A stretch of 64,000 bases of DNA from an uncultured Candidatus Saccharibacteria bacterium (GCA_964482735.1 CAYZYV010000001.1:16172-80171), one strand, 5' to 3'. Positions 49,780 through 60,700 are shown, counted from the stretch's first letter. Made by a program: numbers and translations. The notes: generated from the sequence alone by a model not told the origin.

Positions 49780-50322
49780 TCATAAACCCCAACTGGTGTA
49801 TGCCTCTGCCGAGTAATAATTTAAGGTTGTCTTTGGGTGGTTATTCATATCAAACTGAGAAATAGCATCTGCTATAGGCTCTTTTTTAAACGGAACATGA
49901 ATAATACCTACTGTTTCATTTTTAATTGCCTTAGCCAATTCGGCTGGCCATAAATGAGAAAGTTCAGATGGAGCCATTATCTTGTTGTATCCCGTATACA
50001 CAACTATGATTGGAATATTGCAGGTTTCAACAGCATATTTAATTTCAAAAGGAACCCAATCTGTATCATTTTTTGTTGTTGATCCTATTATCAATAGTAA
50101 ATTTTTAGAATTATTCATTCTTGATATTAACGACCTACGCAAAGTATCTTTTTTACTTGAATCCTTTACAGCTCCAGTTTTTTCATGACTGTTTACAAAA
50201 TTAAAGTCATCATCTCTCACTTTCCAACCCTTTAACAAACTATAATATTTCATATCAGAAGCTGTCGGATTTGTTTCTCCGTCAGCATGAAAAGCTATGT
50301 ATGTTCCGCTTCTATATGCCAT
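49780..50322 (-). CDS. thsB: TIR-like (DUF1863/MTH538-type) protein, ThsB-like.
   Basis: N-terminal TYIAFHADGE...D..YY..L..W pattern of the TIR-like flavodoxin-fold family. It is a paralog of 51168-51680. Confidence 0.6.
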   Translation of the reverse strand: MAYRSGTYIAFHADGETNPTASDMKYYSLLKGWKVRDDDFNFVNSHEKTGAVKDSSKKDTLRRSLISRMNNSKNLLLIIGSTTKNDTDWVPFEIKYAVETCNIPIIVVYTGYNKIMAPSELSHLWPAELAKAIKNETVGIIHVPFKKEPIADAISQFDMNNHPKTTLNYYSAEAYTSWGL

Positions 50323-50325
50323 ATA

Positions 50326-51171
50326 TTAGTTGTGAAGAGATTTTAGAAAATCTTGAATTTCTAATAAATTAACTTTCTCCTTATCTTCCTCTCGTATAAT
50401 AAGAACTAATTCTTTCGATATTGGTTCTACTCTTGAATTAATAATAAACGAGAGAAGGATAAGATTTATAGGTAATTTAAATGAAATACCAGGAACTCTA
50501 GCTAAATTAGTACCAATGACTGGCATTACAATAGTTTTCTGTTCTCCCTCCACTCTAATTTTATTCCAAAGATTTTGGAGTGAAGACCATAAATTATTAA
50601 TGTCAGATGTTGCCTTGAGATCGGATCCCATACGACTATAGGCACAACAAAAGAATTTTCTATTTAACCCAGACAGTGCTACAACGGTACCAATTTTATA
50701 TCTCTTATTTTTACCACGAGTCTTCGTACTATCTTCTTCTGACTCTTCATTTTTTAATAGTGCATCAAGATCATTATCAAGTTTATTTTGATTATTCTCA
50801 TACATAGAAACCAAAAATTGACCTTGCATACTATCCTTACTTACAACATCACCTATCTCTGTATCAAATGTGTCGCTGAAACCAATAACAAGGTGTCCAG
50901 ACTGGTCGAATATGTTTCCAATCTTAATCCCAATTTTTACATCTGGATTTGAAAAGTTTTCAGAGAAACTTCTTTTAGGCCAGGATCTTACAAAAGCAAA
51001 TACTAGACAAACAAAAACAGATATAAACCACCCCTTCCATTTATAGTTGGAAATAAAATCTGGGTAACTTGAGGTGATTATTTGAATAAATGAACTTATT
51101 ACACCTAGAGAGACGAAAAAATTCACACTCAATTTAACCACCATTCTTTTTGAGAAAATACTATTCATCAT
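50326..51171 (-). CDS. thsA: Two-TM plus Macro-like domain protein, ThsA of the type II Thoeris architecture.
   Basis: Two N-terminal TM helices. The C-terminal domain has IKIGNIFDQSGHLVIGFSDTF and IVMPVIGTNLARVP, which match the Macro-domain blocks (xAxVNAAN and IAFPAISTGxYGYP). Confidence 0.5.
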   Translation of the reverse strand: MMNSIFSKRMVVKLSVNFFVSLGVISSFIQIITSSYPDFISNYKWKGWFISVFVCLVFAFVRSWPKRSFSENFSNPDVKIGIKIGNIFDQSGHLVIGFSDTFDTEIGDVVSKDSMQGQFLVSMYENNQNKLDNDLDALLKNEESEEDSTKTRGKNKRYKIGTVVALSGLNRKFFCCAYSRMGSDLKATSDINNLWSSLQNLWNKIRVEGEQKTIVMPVIGTNLARVPGISFKLPINLILLSFIINSRVEPISKELVLIIREEDKEKVNLLEIQDFLKSLHN

Positions 51172-51680
51172 ATGCCGAGTTGGTTATAGGTTGCGTCTGT
51201 ATAGATATACCTATGGTCTTGATAATCAGGATGATTTTTCCATTTATGATAATTATCTGGGAAATGATCTAAAGCATATTGAATCGCCTTTAATTTAAAA
51301 GGTACTGAAATAGTGTACTTCCAGTCTTTAATAGCGGACGGACAAAGATTATCATCATAACCTTTTTTATTATTCAAATTAACAATTATGATTGGTATAT
51401 CTTTCTTTCTAGCAAGTTCTATTTCCCATGGTAAAAATTTTCTTAAGTACTTAGTATTATCTCCAACCAACAAAAGCATTTGCTTTGAGTTTGCCATTCG
51501 TACTCTAAGTTGAGCTTTTATCGACTCTTCGGTACTTGTATCTCTAGCACTATTTAGGTCGTGGGCATTTAAAAAATCAAATTCAATATGATCATGTTCT
51601 TTCCATGCAGTCATTAAACGATAATATTTCATATCATTGTCTCCATCAAAAGCAACATATGTTTTATTTTTGTAAGACAT
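51168..51680 (-). CDS. thsB: TIR-like (DUF1863-type) protein, second ThsB-like gene.
   Basis: KTYVAFDGDNDMKYYRLMTAWK N-terminus parallel to 49780-50322. It overlaps the downstream gene by 4 nt. Confidence 0.6.
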   Translation of the reverse strand: MSYKNKTYVAFDGDNDMKYYRLMTAWKEHDHIEFDFLNAHDLNSARDTSTEESIKAQLRVRMANSKQMLLLVGDNTKYLRKFLPWEIELARKKDIPIIIVNLNNKKGYDDNLCPSAIKDWKYTISVPFKLKAIQYALDHFPDNYHKWKNHPDYQDHRYIYTDATYNQLGI

Positions 51681-51685
51681 AATTT

Positions 51686-52303
51686 TTAATACAAATCACC
51701 AGGAAGTACGGCAACGACTACTCCTTGAATGATACAGTTATCTGTTAATATAATCGGCCTATGGTTTTTGTTTGTTGACTTCGGTTGAAGTACAACAGCA
51801 CCATTCGCTTTCTTGAACACTTTGACGGTTGCTTCGTCATTTATAAGAGCAACAACTTTATCATTATCTTCTGCTGTGTCTTGCTGTCGAATCAAAAGCA
51901 GATCACCGCTATTAATTCCTGCAAGATTCATAGAGTCTCCAATTGCACGCAAAAGAAAATATTTCGAACCCTTTTTAGCTAGACCTGTTGATACAGGAAT
52001 CAAAGCTTGAATATTTTCTTCAGCAAGAACAGGGGTACCACATGTCACAGCACCTACCAAGGGAACATCAACAGTGCTTATTGAAGCTGTTGTTTGTGAT
52101 CCGGTAAGGATAAGCTGTCGACCGATTTTCTTTATAAGTCCTGCATCGATTAGTCGATTAATTACAAGGCTTGCAGATCGTGGAGAAGCTCCACCTGTAA
52201 CCTCATTAATCTCGCTAAGCGTAGGGCTTTTGCCATAATGAACAATCTTATTACGGATAAGGGCAAATGCTTTTTTGTCTTTGTCGCTAAGGTTATTTTT
52301 CAT
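51686..52303 (-). CDS. lexA: LexA repressor (winged HTH plus S24 autopeptidase).
   Basis: Block-by-block similarity to LexA: LIRNKIVHYGKSPTLSEINE...LIKKIGR, VPLVGAVTCGTP, FLLRAIGDSMNLAGINSGD (Ser) and ATVKVFKK (Lys). The start was taken at ATG 52303. The ORF track uses TTG 52333. Confidence 0.85.
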   Translation of the reverse strand: MKNNLSDKDKKAFALIRNKIVHYGKSPTLSEINEVTGGASPRSASLVINRLIDAGLIKKIGRQLILTGSQTTASISTVDVPLVGAVTCGTPVLAEENIQALIPVSTGLAKKGSKYFLLRAIGDSMNLAGINSGDLLLIRQQDTAEDNDKVVALINDEATVKVFKKANGAVVLQPKSTNKNHRPIILTDNCIIQGVVVAVLPGDLY

Positions 52304-52361
52304 GGTATAAATAGTATAAATTACTCTATACAAAAAAGCAAGTATTTGCTATGATGTCCTT

Positions 52362-52985
52362 ATGGAAAATGACCAGAAAAAACCAATGACCGTCGGTGAA
52401 CTGGTGGCAAAGATACACCCTCCTGCTTTGAGTGAGAGGCAGATTTCTCAGTTCCAAGAAATTGGAAGAAAACACGCAGAAGCAATTGAAAATGTGAGGA
52501 AAATTGCTCAACCAATCATTGAGCAAATGAATCGCGTTCGAGAACAAGTAAAACTTTTTGAACCAGTAGAGTACCCTGAGATTGTATATCGTCGTCCTGT
52601 TGAATATGATATCCTGGAAGAACTTCAAGAGTTAAATAAAAACCACAAGCGACTTTTATCTTCAAGCCAAGACAGCAATGTAATTATTTATGACACAAGA
52701 AATGGATCACTCGATAAACATTTGGGAGGTAAACTTTTCTCATACGATCTCACTGAGAACGGTAAAAGAAAACAGTTGCTTGAGATACTTCTCGATCGTG
52801 GCACATATGTAAAAACAAAAGAACTTGAATCTATGCTTTCATCGTCAGCCGTAGCAAAAATAGTTCAGACTTTTAATGATTATGCGATCAATACCTTGAG
52901 ACTTCCAAAGAAAACAAAACTCATTCAAGGAAAGAAAGGATCTGGGTATCGTATCAATCCTAAAATACACATAGAAAAAGAATAA
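52362..52985 (+). CDS. Coiled-coil protein with an OmpR/PhoB-type winged-helix C-terminus but no receiver domain. It is divergent from lexA.
   Basis: C-terminal RKQLLEILLDRGTYVKTKELE...INTLRLPKKTKLIQGKKGSGYRI resembles the trans_reg_C wHTH. Confidence 0.4.
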   Translation: MENDQKKPMTVGELVAKIHPPALSERQISQFQEIGRKHAEAIENVRKIAQPIIEQMNRVREQVKLFEPVEYPEIVYRRPVEYDILEELQELNKNHKRLLSSSQDSNVIIYDTRNGSLDKHLGGKLFSYDLTENGKRKQLLEILLDRGTYVKTKELESMLSSSAVAKIVQTFNDYAINTLRLPKKTKLIQGKKGSGYRINPKIHIEKE

Positions 52986-53159
52986 ATTCCTAAGTTGACA
53001 CCAAGTTGAGTGGATAACTTTGAAAAATCGCCTTTAAATAGGCGTTTTTTCTTTATGCTACTCAATTTTATGCCAATTACATGCCTATGTACCTTTTTGA
53101 TTTCATAGAGTTAGTAGATTAGTCATCTACAAATTTATAAGTAATCAAATAACAACTCT

Positions 53160-54437
53160 ATGAATAAAAAACCTTCATGGAAAACAGGAGTTCGAGAGGT
53201 CAAAGACCTACTCCCTTGGAAAGAAAATCCAAGAAAAATCTCAAAGATCGCTATGGAAAAATTAAAAGAGAAAATCATTCAAAATGGTTTTCATAGTGTA
53301 ATTGTCATTGATACGGATAACACCATTATCTCAGGCAACCAAAGAAAAACTGCTTTGATACAGCTTGGTATCAAACAAGTAAATGTATTAATCCCTGATC
53401 GTAAACTATCAGACGACGAGCGTCGCAAGATTGCAATTGAAAGCAATATTAATGATGGTGAATGGGATTTTAAAAAGCTTAAATCTTTTGACCTAGAGCT
53501 TTTGCAGTTTGCTGGATTCAACGAAAAAGAACTGGTTAAGTTCTGGGACGAGGAAAAAGATACAAAAGACGACAAATTCGATGTCGATAAAGAGTTAAAG
53601 AAAATAGAAACACCACAAACAAAGCCGGGTGATCTTATCATCATGGGTGGTCATAAGTTGCTATGTGCCAGTTCTACCGATATGAATGCTGTCACCAAGC
53701 TATTCGGAAATGATAAAGCCACGGCTATCTATAATGATCCACCTTTTAATATCGGGCTTTCATACGACAAAGGTGTTGGTAATAAATCCAACTACGGAGG
53801 AACTTTTGACGATAACCAATCACCTGAAGAATATAAAGAATTTATTCGCAAGGTTCTAAAATCTTCACTAACCGTATCTACCAAAGATGTACACGTCGCT
53901 TTCTGGTGTGATGAAGCCTGGGTGTGGGTTTTTCAAACGCTCTATATGGAAAATGGAGTTAAGAACCGAAGACTTAATGTCTGGGTTAAAAACAATTCAT
54001 CACCGACACCAACTGTTGCGTTCAATAAGTGCCTTGAGTATTGCGTGTATGGCACGAAAGGATCTCCATATATTTCAGATCTCGTAAGAAATCTAAATGA
54101 AGTTCAAAACAAAGATTACGGAACTGGTAATCAACTTCTAGAAGATGTTTCAAACATTTGGGCGACAAAACGACTACCTTCAAATCAAATGGAACACGCA
54201 ACGAGTAAAAATCCTGAACTTCATCACAAGTTTATAATGCGTTGCACTAAACCAGGAGACATCATTTTTGATGCCTTCTCGGGTTCGGCAAGCACTATGA
54301 TCTGTGCAGAACAATTGGGTCGAAAAGTTTATTCCCTAGAGATAGAGCCTGTGTTTTGTGATTTAGCGATTCGTCGTTACGAAAAATTAACTGGTCACAA
54401 AGCACAAGTAATCAAGAACTTCTATGAAAAAGAATAA
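53160..54437 (+). CDS. ParB-like nuclease domain fused to a beta-class N6-adenine/N4-cytosine DNA methyltransferase (phage-type orphan MTase).
   Basis: ParBc N-terminus (IISGNQRKTALIQLGIKQVNVLI), motif IV DPPF (NDPPFNIGLSY) preceding motif I (FDAFSGSASTMICAEQLGRKVYSLE). Confidence 0.8.
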   Translation: MNKKPSWKTGVREVKDLLPWKENPRKISKIAMEKLKEKIIQNGFHSVIVIDTDNTIISGNQRKTALIQLGIKQVNVLIPDRKLSDDERRKIAIESNINDGEWDFKKLKSFDLELLQFAGFNEKELVKFWDEEKDTKDDKFDVDKELKKIETPQTKPGDLIIMGGHKLLCASSTDMNAVTKLFGNDKATAIYNDPPFNIGLSYDKGVGNKSNYGGTFDDNQSPEEYKEFIRKVLKSSLTVSTKDVHVAFWCDEAWVWVFQTLYMENGVKNRRLNVWVKNNSSPTPTVAFNKCLEYCVYGTKGSPYISDLVRNLNEVQNKDYGTGNQLLEDVSNIWATKRLPSNQMEHATSKNPELHHKFIMRCTKPGDIIFDAFSGSASTMICAEQLGRKVYSLEIEPVFCDLAIRRYEKLTGHKAQVIKNFYEKE

Positions 54438-54831
54438 ATTTCAAGATCAGTTTCTTGATGAATTACGGAAAGTGCCAATTGTTCAAGTAGCTTGTGAAAA
54501 AACAGGATTATCTCGCAACAGTGTTTATCGGTGGCGAAAGGAAGATAAAGATTTTCTCAAGAAAATGGAAGATGCAATTTCTGAGGGTGTTGCTCTGGTA
54601 AATGACATGAGTGAAAGTCAATTACTTACGCTTATTAAAGAGAAAAACTATCCTGCAATTAGTTTTTGGCTTCGTCATCGAAATGATAATTACAAAAACA
54701 AACTTGAGATTACTACTAAAGATGATAACGAGGAACTAACACCGTCACAAGCGAAAATTGTAAAGCAGGCACTTAAACTCGCAAAAATTACCAAGTCGAA
54801 ATCTATTAAAAATATTAATCGCAAAAAATAA
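54424..54831 (+). CDS. Putative terminase small subunit (HTH protein overlapping and preceding terL).
   Basis: HTH segment (VACEKTGLSRNSVYRWRKED). It is positioned immediately upstream of the large terminase. Confidence 0.45.
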   Translation: MKKNKFQDQFLDELRKVPIVQVACEKTGLSRNSVYRWRKEDKDFLKKMEDAISEGVALVNDMSESQLLTLIKEKNYPAISFWLRHRNDNYKNKLEITTKDDNEELTPSQAKIVKQALKLAKITKSKSIKNINRKK

Positions 54832-54833
54832 TT

Positions 54834-56330
54834 ATGACCAAAATAATTCCAAAAGCACTGGTTAATACGATGATAAAAGATCGTTCAGTGCGAACATCAA
54901 TTACAAAAGATAGCTTCCTGTATTTTTTCCATTTCTATTATGCACACTATGTGAAGTACGAAACGGCAGACTTTCAAAAAGAGATTATCCATAATCTCGA
55001 AAAGAGCACCACTGAAAACTTATATGTGGTGGCGTTTCGTGGATCAGGAAAATCTACCATGGTGACAACTGCATATCCGATTTGGGCAATCCTCGGAAAA
55101 CAGCAAAAGAAGTTTTGTATTATCTTTTGCCAAACACGAGCACAAGCAAAACAACACATGATGAATATTCGTACCGAACTTGAAGGTAATGATGTTCTTA
55201 AAAAAGACCTCGGACCTTTTCAAGAAGAAAGTGACGAATGGGGTTCTTTCTCTCTTGTATTCAAAAAGCACGGAGCAAGAATTACTGTAGCTTCTGCCGA
55301 GCAAAGTATTCGTGGTATTCGCCATAACGAACACCGCCCAGACTTAATAATCTGTGACGACGTTGAGGATGTGCAATCGACCAAAACTCGTGAGGGTCGA
55401 GAGAAGACCTATAACTGGCTCCGTGGTGAAGTTATACCTGCTGGAGATAGGAATACTCGACTAATAATTGTTGGAAACTTACTCCACGAAGATTCGTTGT
55501 TAATGCGTATCAAAGACGAAATTGCAAAAGGTAAAGCAAAAGGAATATTTAAAGAATATCCATTGATTGATAAGAACAGCGTTTGTTTGTGGTCTGGGAA
55601 GTACGCAACAGAAAAAGATCTTGAGGATGAGAAGTTAAAAGTCGCTAGTGAAATATCTTGGCAGCGAGAATACTTGCTCCGTATTATTCCGAGCGATGAT
55701 CAGGTTATCTACCCAGAATGGATTCAATTTTATGACGAACTGCCAGGAGAAAAACACCGAGGCTATCGTGGTACTTATGCAGGTGTAGATCTTGCGATTT
55801 CAGCTTCAGAAACAGCCGATGATACTGCTGTGGTATTTGCTCATATTTATTCACGACGTGAGAAATTGCGAATCTATATTCTACCTAACCCTATTGCAAA
55901 GAAACTTAACTTTCCTGCACAGGTGGATCTTATGAAAGATATTCGTAACACCTTACTTACAAGAAGTTCTGATGAATTGTTTGTTGAAAGTGTTGCATAT
56001 CAAGAAGCCCTACCACAAATGCTTGAACATCATGGAGTTAAAGCAACTGCAATCAAACCCAAAGGAGATAAACGAACACGACTTGCTCTTACTTCTACTG
56101 CAATAAAATCAGCAAAGATTTTATTCCCAAGACAAGGGTGTGAAAGACTTATCGAGCAACTTGTTGGATTTGGAGTAGAAAAGCATGACGACTTAGCAGA
56201 TGCATTTTCTCTCTTGATTAACTCAACCATGGACAAGCATTCAGGAGAATCAACATGGCTCATGTACTGGATGGGAGACGATGAACCTTTGTACTTTAGG
56301 GATTATGTAGATATGGATCAAAAAAAGTAG
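54834..56330 (+). CDS. Phage terminase large subunit.
   Basis: Walker A (VVAFRGSGKSTMV), Walker B (LIICDDVED) and C-terminal RNaseH-like nuclease residues (YAGVDLAISASETADDTAV). Confidence 0.85.
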   Translation: MTKIIPKALVNTMIKDRSVRTSITKDSFLYFFHFYYAHYVKYETADFQKEIIHNLEKSTTENLYVVAFRGSGKSTMVTTAYPIWAILGKQQKKFCIIFCQTRAQAKQHMMNIRTELEGNDVLKKDLGPFQEESDEWGSFSLVFKKHGARITVASAEQSIRGIRHNEHRPDLIICDDVEDVQSTKTREGREKTYNWLRGEVIPAGDRNTRLIIVGNLLHEDSLLMRIKDEIAKGKAKGIFKEYPLIDKNSVCLWSGKYATEKDLEDEKLKVASEISWQREYLLRIIPSDDQVIYPEWIQFYDELPGEKHRGYRGTYAGVDLAISASETADDTAVVFAHIYSRREKLRIYILPNPIAKKLNFPAQVDLMKDIRNTLLTRSSDELFVESVAYQEALPQMLEHHGVKATAIKPKGDKRTRLALTSTAIKSAKILFPRQGCERLIEQLVGFGVEKHDDLADAFSLLINSTMDKHSGESTWLMYWMGDDEPLYFRDYVDMDQKK

Positions 56331-56357
56331 TCGCGAGTATGCAATATTTCGCTAGTT

Positions 56358-57722
56358 TTGCATAGACTTAGCAAAACGCTCAAATTGCGTCATCAATATA
56401 ATATGGAGACGCAATATATAAGCAATTTAGGAGTAAGGACAGAGGTACCCAAAACCAAGATTCGGTATGTCCTGTACGCTCGAAAATCAACCGAATCAGA
56501 CGAAAAACAAGCCCTGTCTATCGAATCACAGGTTAAGGAAATGCTTGCTATAGCCGACCGTGATAGTTTAACAGTTGTTGATATTAGACGTGAATCTCAC
56601 TCGGCTAAAGAATCTGGGCAACGACCAGTGTTTAGAGAGGTATTAGAGGATGTAAGACGTGGCAGGTATAACGGTATACTCACCTGGGCACCTGATCGTC
56701 TATCTAGAAACGCAGGCGACCTCGGATCGGTTGTTGATCTAATGGACGAAACAAAACTTTTAGAAATTCGTACATACGGTCAACATTTCAAAAATTCACC
56801 AAACGAGAAATTCCTTTTGATGATTTTGTGTTCCCAGGCTAAACTCGAAAACGACAATAAAAGTATCAACGTAAAGCGAGGCTTACGAACGAGATGCGAA
56901 ATGGGACTTCGCCCTGGTCCTGCTGTTGTTGGATATCTCAACGAAAAACGAATGGATAAAAAATGTGAGGTTGTGATAGACCCAGAACGAGCACCGATAG
57001 TTAAACAAATGTTTGAAAAAGTGGCATACGAAAAATGGTCAGGCAGAAAACTATATCATTGGCTTAAGTTTGATCTTAATTTCAAAACTCGTAGTGGTAA
57101 CAAAGGTCTTACTCTTAGTAATATTTATCTCATACTTCAAAATCCATTTTATTATGGGGTTTTTGAATATCCACGAAAAAGCGGAAACTTTTATACAGGT
57201 AGACATGAACCAATAATCAATAAAGAACTTTTTGAATTGGTTCAAGAGCAAGTTAAAAGCCAAGCATTACGGACCCAAGAACCAAAAGAATTTGCTTTTA
57301 CAAAAATGATGACTTGTGGGCTTTGTGGATCAGGAATCTGTGCTGACGAAAAGTTTAAAAAGTTAAAAGACGGATCAGTGAATAGACATATCTATTATGG
57401 ATGTACTAGATCTAAAGATAAAAATTGTAAGTGTGGGTATATAAACGAGATTGAATTAATACAGCAATTTGAAAAGTTAATTGAACAAGTAAATATCAAT
57501 GAGATAGGAATGAAAGAGAAGATTAAATATGAAGTTGAGCGAATCAAACGCTTTAATCAATCTGTATTAAATACAAAACAGCAGATACAAATAAAAGACG
57601 TAGACATTAGAGACTACGCCAAATTTATTTTGAAAGAAGGTTTGATTGAGGAGAAACGAGAATTATTAACTTGTTTTAAGAGCAAGATTTTATTAAAGAA
57701 TAAAGAAATTTGTCTTAATTAA
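56358..57722 (+). CDS. Large serine recombinase (resolvase catalytic domain, recombinase domain and zinc ribbon).
   Basis: YVLYARKSTESDEKQALSIESQ (catalytic Ser), ILTWAPDRLSRN and the Cys cluster CGLCGS...YYGCTRSKDKNCKCGY. Confidence 0.85.
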   Translation: MHRLSKTLKLRHQYNMETQYISNLGVRTEVPKTKIRYVLYARKSTESDEKQALSIESQVKEMLAIADRDSLTVVDIRRESHSAKESGQRPVFREVLEDVRRGRYNGILTWAPDRLSRNAGDLGSVVDLMDETKLLEIRTYGQHFKNSPNEKFLLMILCSQAKLENDNKSINVKRGLRTRCEMGLRPGPAVVGYLNEKRMDKKCEVVIDPERAPIVKQMFEKVAYEKWSGRKLYHWLKFDLNFKTRSGNKGLTLSNIYLILQNPFYYGVFEYPRKSGNFYTGRHEPIINKELFELVQEQVKSQALRTQEPKEFAFTKMMTCGLCGSGICADEKFKKLKDGSVNRHIYYGCTRSKDKNCKCGYINEIELIQQFEKLIEQVNINEIGMKEKIKYEVERIKRFNQSVLNTKQQIQIKDVDIRDYAKFILKEGLIEEKRELLTCFKSKILLKNKEICLN

Positions 57723-60700
57723 GAATTGCGCACAATTTCTTTTTCTTCTTTATTTAAACCATACACTTCCATAACATAATCGTCTATCTGTTTTTCTAGG
57801 TTATCAGTATCTACAATTCCATCATTCTTTAATCTTATTACTTGTTCAACTAAATCAGATATCTTATTTACTAATTCTTCAGATTCAGAGGTAATTTTAG
57901 GAATAGGTAAAATCTTAAGTGTTGTAATTAGTATTTGTGGATGCAAATCTACACCCTTCAATCTTTTTGAATTATAATAATAATTTAAAACGGACGAATT
58001 CATACACGCAAGAATAAAAGACAACCTATATTTGTTTTTGAATTGATCCTTTAAATAGGTACTATGGATCGAGTTTGAAACAAAATATTGCGATCTATCA
58101 ATACTCCCTTTTAGTTGAGCACTATTTTGTGATGTTATAATTTTTTCAGGTTGTAAAAATATTTCTCTATCTCTAAGTTGCACCTTTCTTAATTCTTCGA
58201 CATCACTTATATATTTTCTTGCTTCATTTATATCGTAACAAAGGTACATCTCTTCTGCTGAAAAATGATATCTATCTAGCTTATAAGTACCAGAAACACC
58301 AGCAAACTTAACATACCGATCATCTATTTTTAGATTGCTAAGCATTTTTTCTCTAATATAAGGAACTATTCCATCTCGTACCTCACAAATATCAGCAAGT
58401 ATCTGTTGATCTTTTTCAATTTTTCTCAAAAGTGAATGATCAAATTTTGATATGTTAATGTTTATTTCCTCATTTTCTTCAAAAACGCTTTGCTGTACTT
58501 GAATAAAATCTAAGTTGCTGGATTTATAAAAATCTGGCTTATTACAAATTTTTATTGAATTACCAACTAAATGTTTTGAAAAAAGCACAATCATAAATTC
58601 GTCTTTTGCTGATTCAAAACCCGCATCCTTTCCTAAATATATTATTTCATTTATTGATAATCTTTTTAAAACATATTCCTGAAAGGCTCCATGATTTCTT
58701 TTTCGAGAAAAAAGTCGATAAGGAATTATATAGCAAATATTAAAATCTTCTTTTGCAACACGATGAGCCAACTCAACAAATATCGCCGCTGTATCCTGTC
58801 TACCAGATTTTACACTTTCATACGTATCCTTAAAGAATTTTCTCTCTTCATCATTTAGGTCCGCATTGTACGGAGGATTGCCGATTATAACATCAAATTT
58901 ATCTTGTAACCCAAACATCCACTCAGCATCAAACCAGTTATTTGAATGATTTCCGAACGGATTCCATGTTGTAAGTTTCAGGGTTAGTTCTCCTGTATTT
59001 TTTCCAAACGCTGATACTGTTTTCTCTAATATATCTTTTTGAGCATTAGTAAATCTAATTTTCAGTTCATTTTTTCTCTGACTATTACAAGAGAAGTACT
59101 CTGACATTATCTTTGATAGTTCTGTAATTCCTGAATGATCATCGAAAAGATTTGTTGCAGTTGATTTAGGTAGAGAAACAAGTGTATTTGCACATACGAA
59201 TTTAAAGTCCAGGTTTGGAAGTGGTTCTATCCCTCGATTTGGTTTATTGTCATCTATTTCAGATTCAACAACCAAGGTCAAAAAGCATCGCAGACGAGAT
59301 ACATCTACAGCGATTGGCTGAATATCTACTCCAAAGATTGAGTTCTTTATAACATCAAGTTTTCTGGTGTAATCAAATGGATTTTGCTTTACCTCATTGA
59401 TTATTTTTTGTTTATATAAATCTGGAACTCCTTTTAGTTTCCTTTCTAGCCAAAGAGTACAGTCAGGGTCAACTTGTTGTAGTATGTAAACTATCTTTTG
59501 AAGTGCACCGATAGGATAAGCTCCTGATCCACAAGCAGGGTCTAGAATTTTTAATGATTCAATAGCATCGATTATTTGCTCTTTTTCTTTTTGAACTAAC
59601 GGATATTCTGTATCGTCAGTAAGATCATAACTAACCAAAGCTGTTAACTTTTTCTCTTCGATGCCTGTCTTGGTCTTAAAATATTCAATCAAAGATTGAT
59701 CTACCATGTACTCAACAATCTGTCTTGGCGTATAGAAGCTACCTGTATCTTTCTGTTCATTTTTGCCAGTTTCAGAATCAATTTTCTTTGCGAGAAGGTT
59801 TTCAAAAATCTTTCCAAGCATTTCAGGATCAACTGAAAGCTCTTGATCAAAAACGGTGTTTTCATCAATAGTGAAATTGTATGTCTCTAGAAGTTCAAAA
59901 AACTCTTTAAACCACTTATCACTTATTTTAAGAGTATTGATGTATTTTGAAGCAAAGGTACCACGATCAAGTTCATAATAATCATCAGATTGTGGATTAA
60001 ACAAACCTCCGTTTAGATACGGCACCTTGTCAAAAAGCTCATTTCGAATATCACGAGCGTCGATACTTGTATTCAAAACGCCAAAGAAAAGAGGTTCAAG
60101 AGTATTGTGATAGTAATTATCAGATACAACTTTTGAAGATAAGATCTCGTCAGGAACAAGTTGTCCATTATCTGATTTTTTCTGCTTCAAAAACCAACAA
60201 AACATCGCACGACCAATAAGTCGAACAGCAAAGCTTTTTCGCGTATTTATATCTGTTTCTGATACTCCAGGAAGAATTAGGTTTTGATCTTCTATTGAAA
60301 CCAATTCATCAAAGAATTTTGCAACTTCTAGGTAGAATTGCTTATTTACAACTTCAACAGAAAACCGATTAAGCAGATCATCTACATCCTTAATTTTCCC
60401 TTTTTTAATAAGTTGTTGTTCTGGAGTTTTAACCTTTGCATTAGTTCCTAGATAAAAAGAATAGCGTCGTGCGTTTGAGTACTTTTTAACAACTTTATTC
60501 TTATCATTAAGATCGAGAGATATTGTAAGGTATGAAAAACGATAATTATCAGAATCTTTGTTTTTAAAGATGACTAATGCTCTATGGATCCAGTGATCAG
60601 CGAGAATTTTGAATGCATCAGTGGCGATAGCTACTCGGGGATCCTTATCGTGATTGTGATCCATTTCCAAAACATGCAAATCTAATGATTCACAAAAACC

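Larger units (their letters stand above)
52362..57722 (+). mobile_element. Phage-derived module (prophage remnant or satellite-like island): wHTH regulator, ParB-MTase, TerS, TerL and a large serine recombinase. No capsid or tail genes are present in the window.
   Basis: Gene content only. The boundaries and att sites were not identified. Confidence 0.4.

Noticed and set aside
51686-52333. A phage CI-like repressor instead of LexA.
   Set aside because: The N-terminal domain matches the LexA winged-HTH block by block, not a CI/Cro-type HTH. The call is kept as lexA while noting it could be phage-borne.
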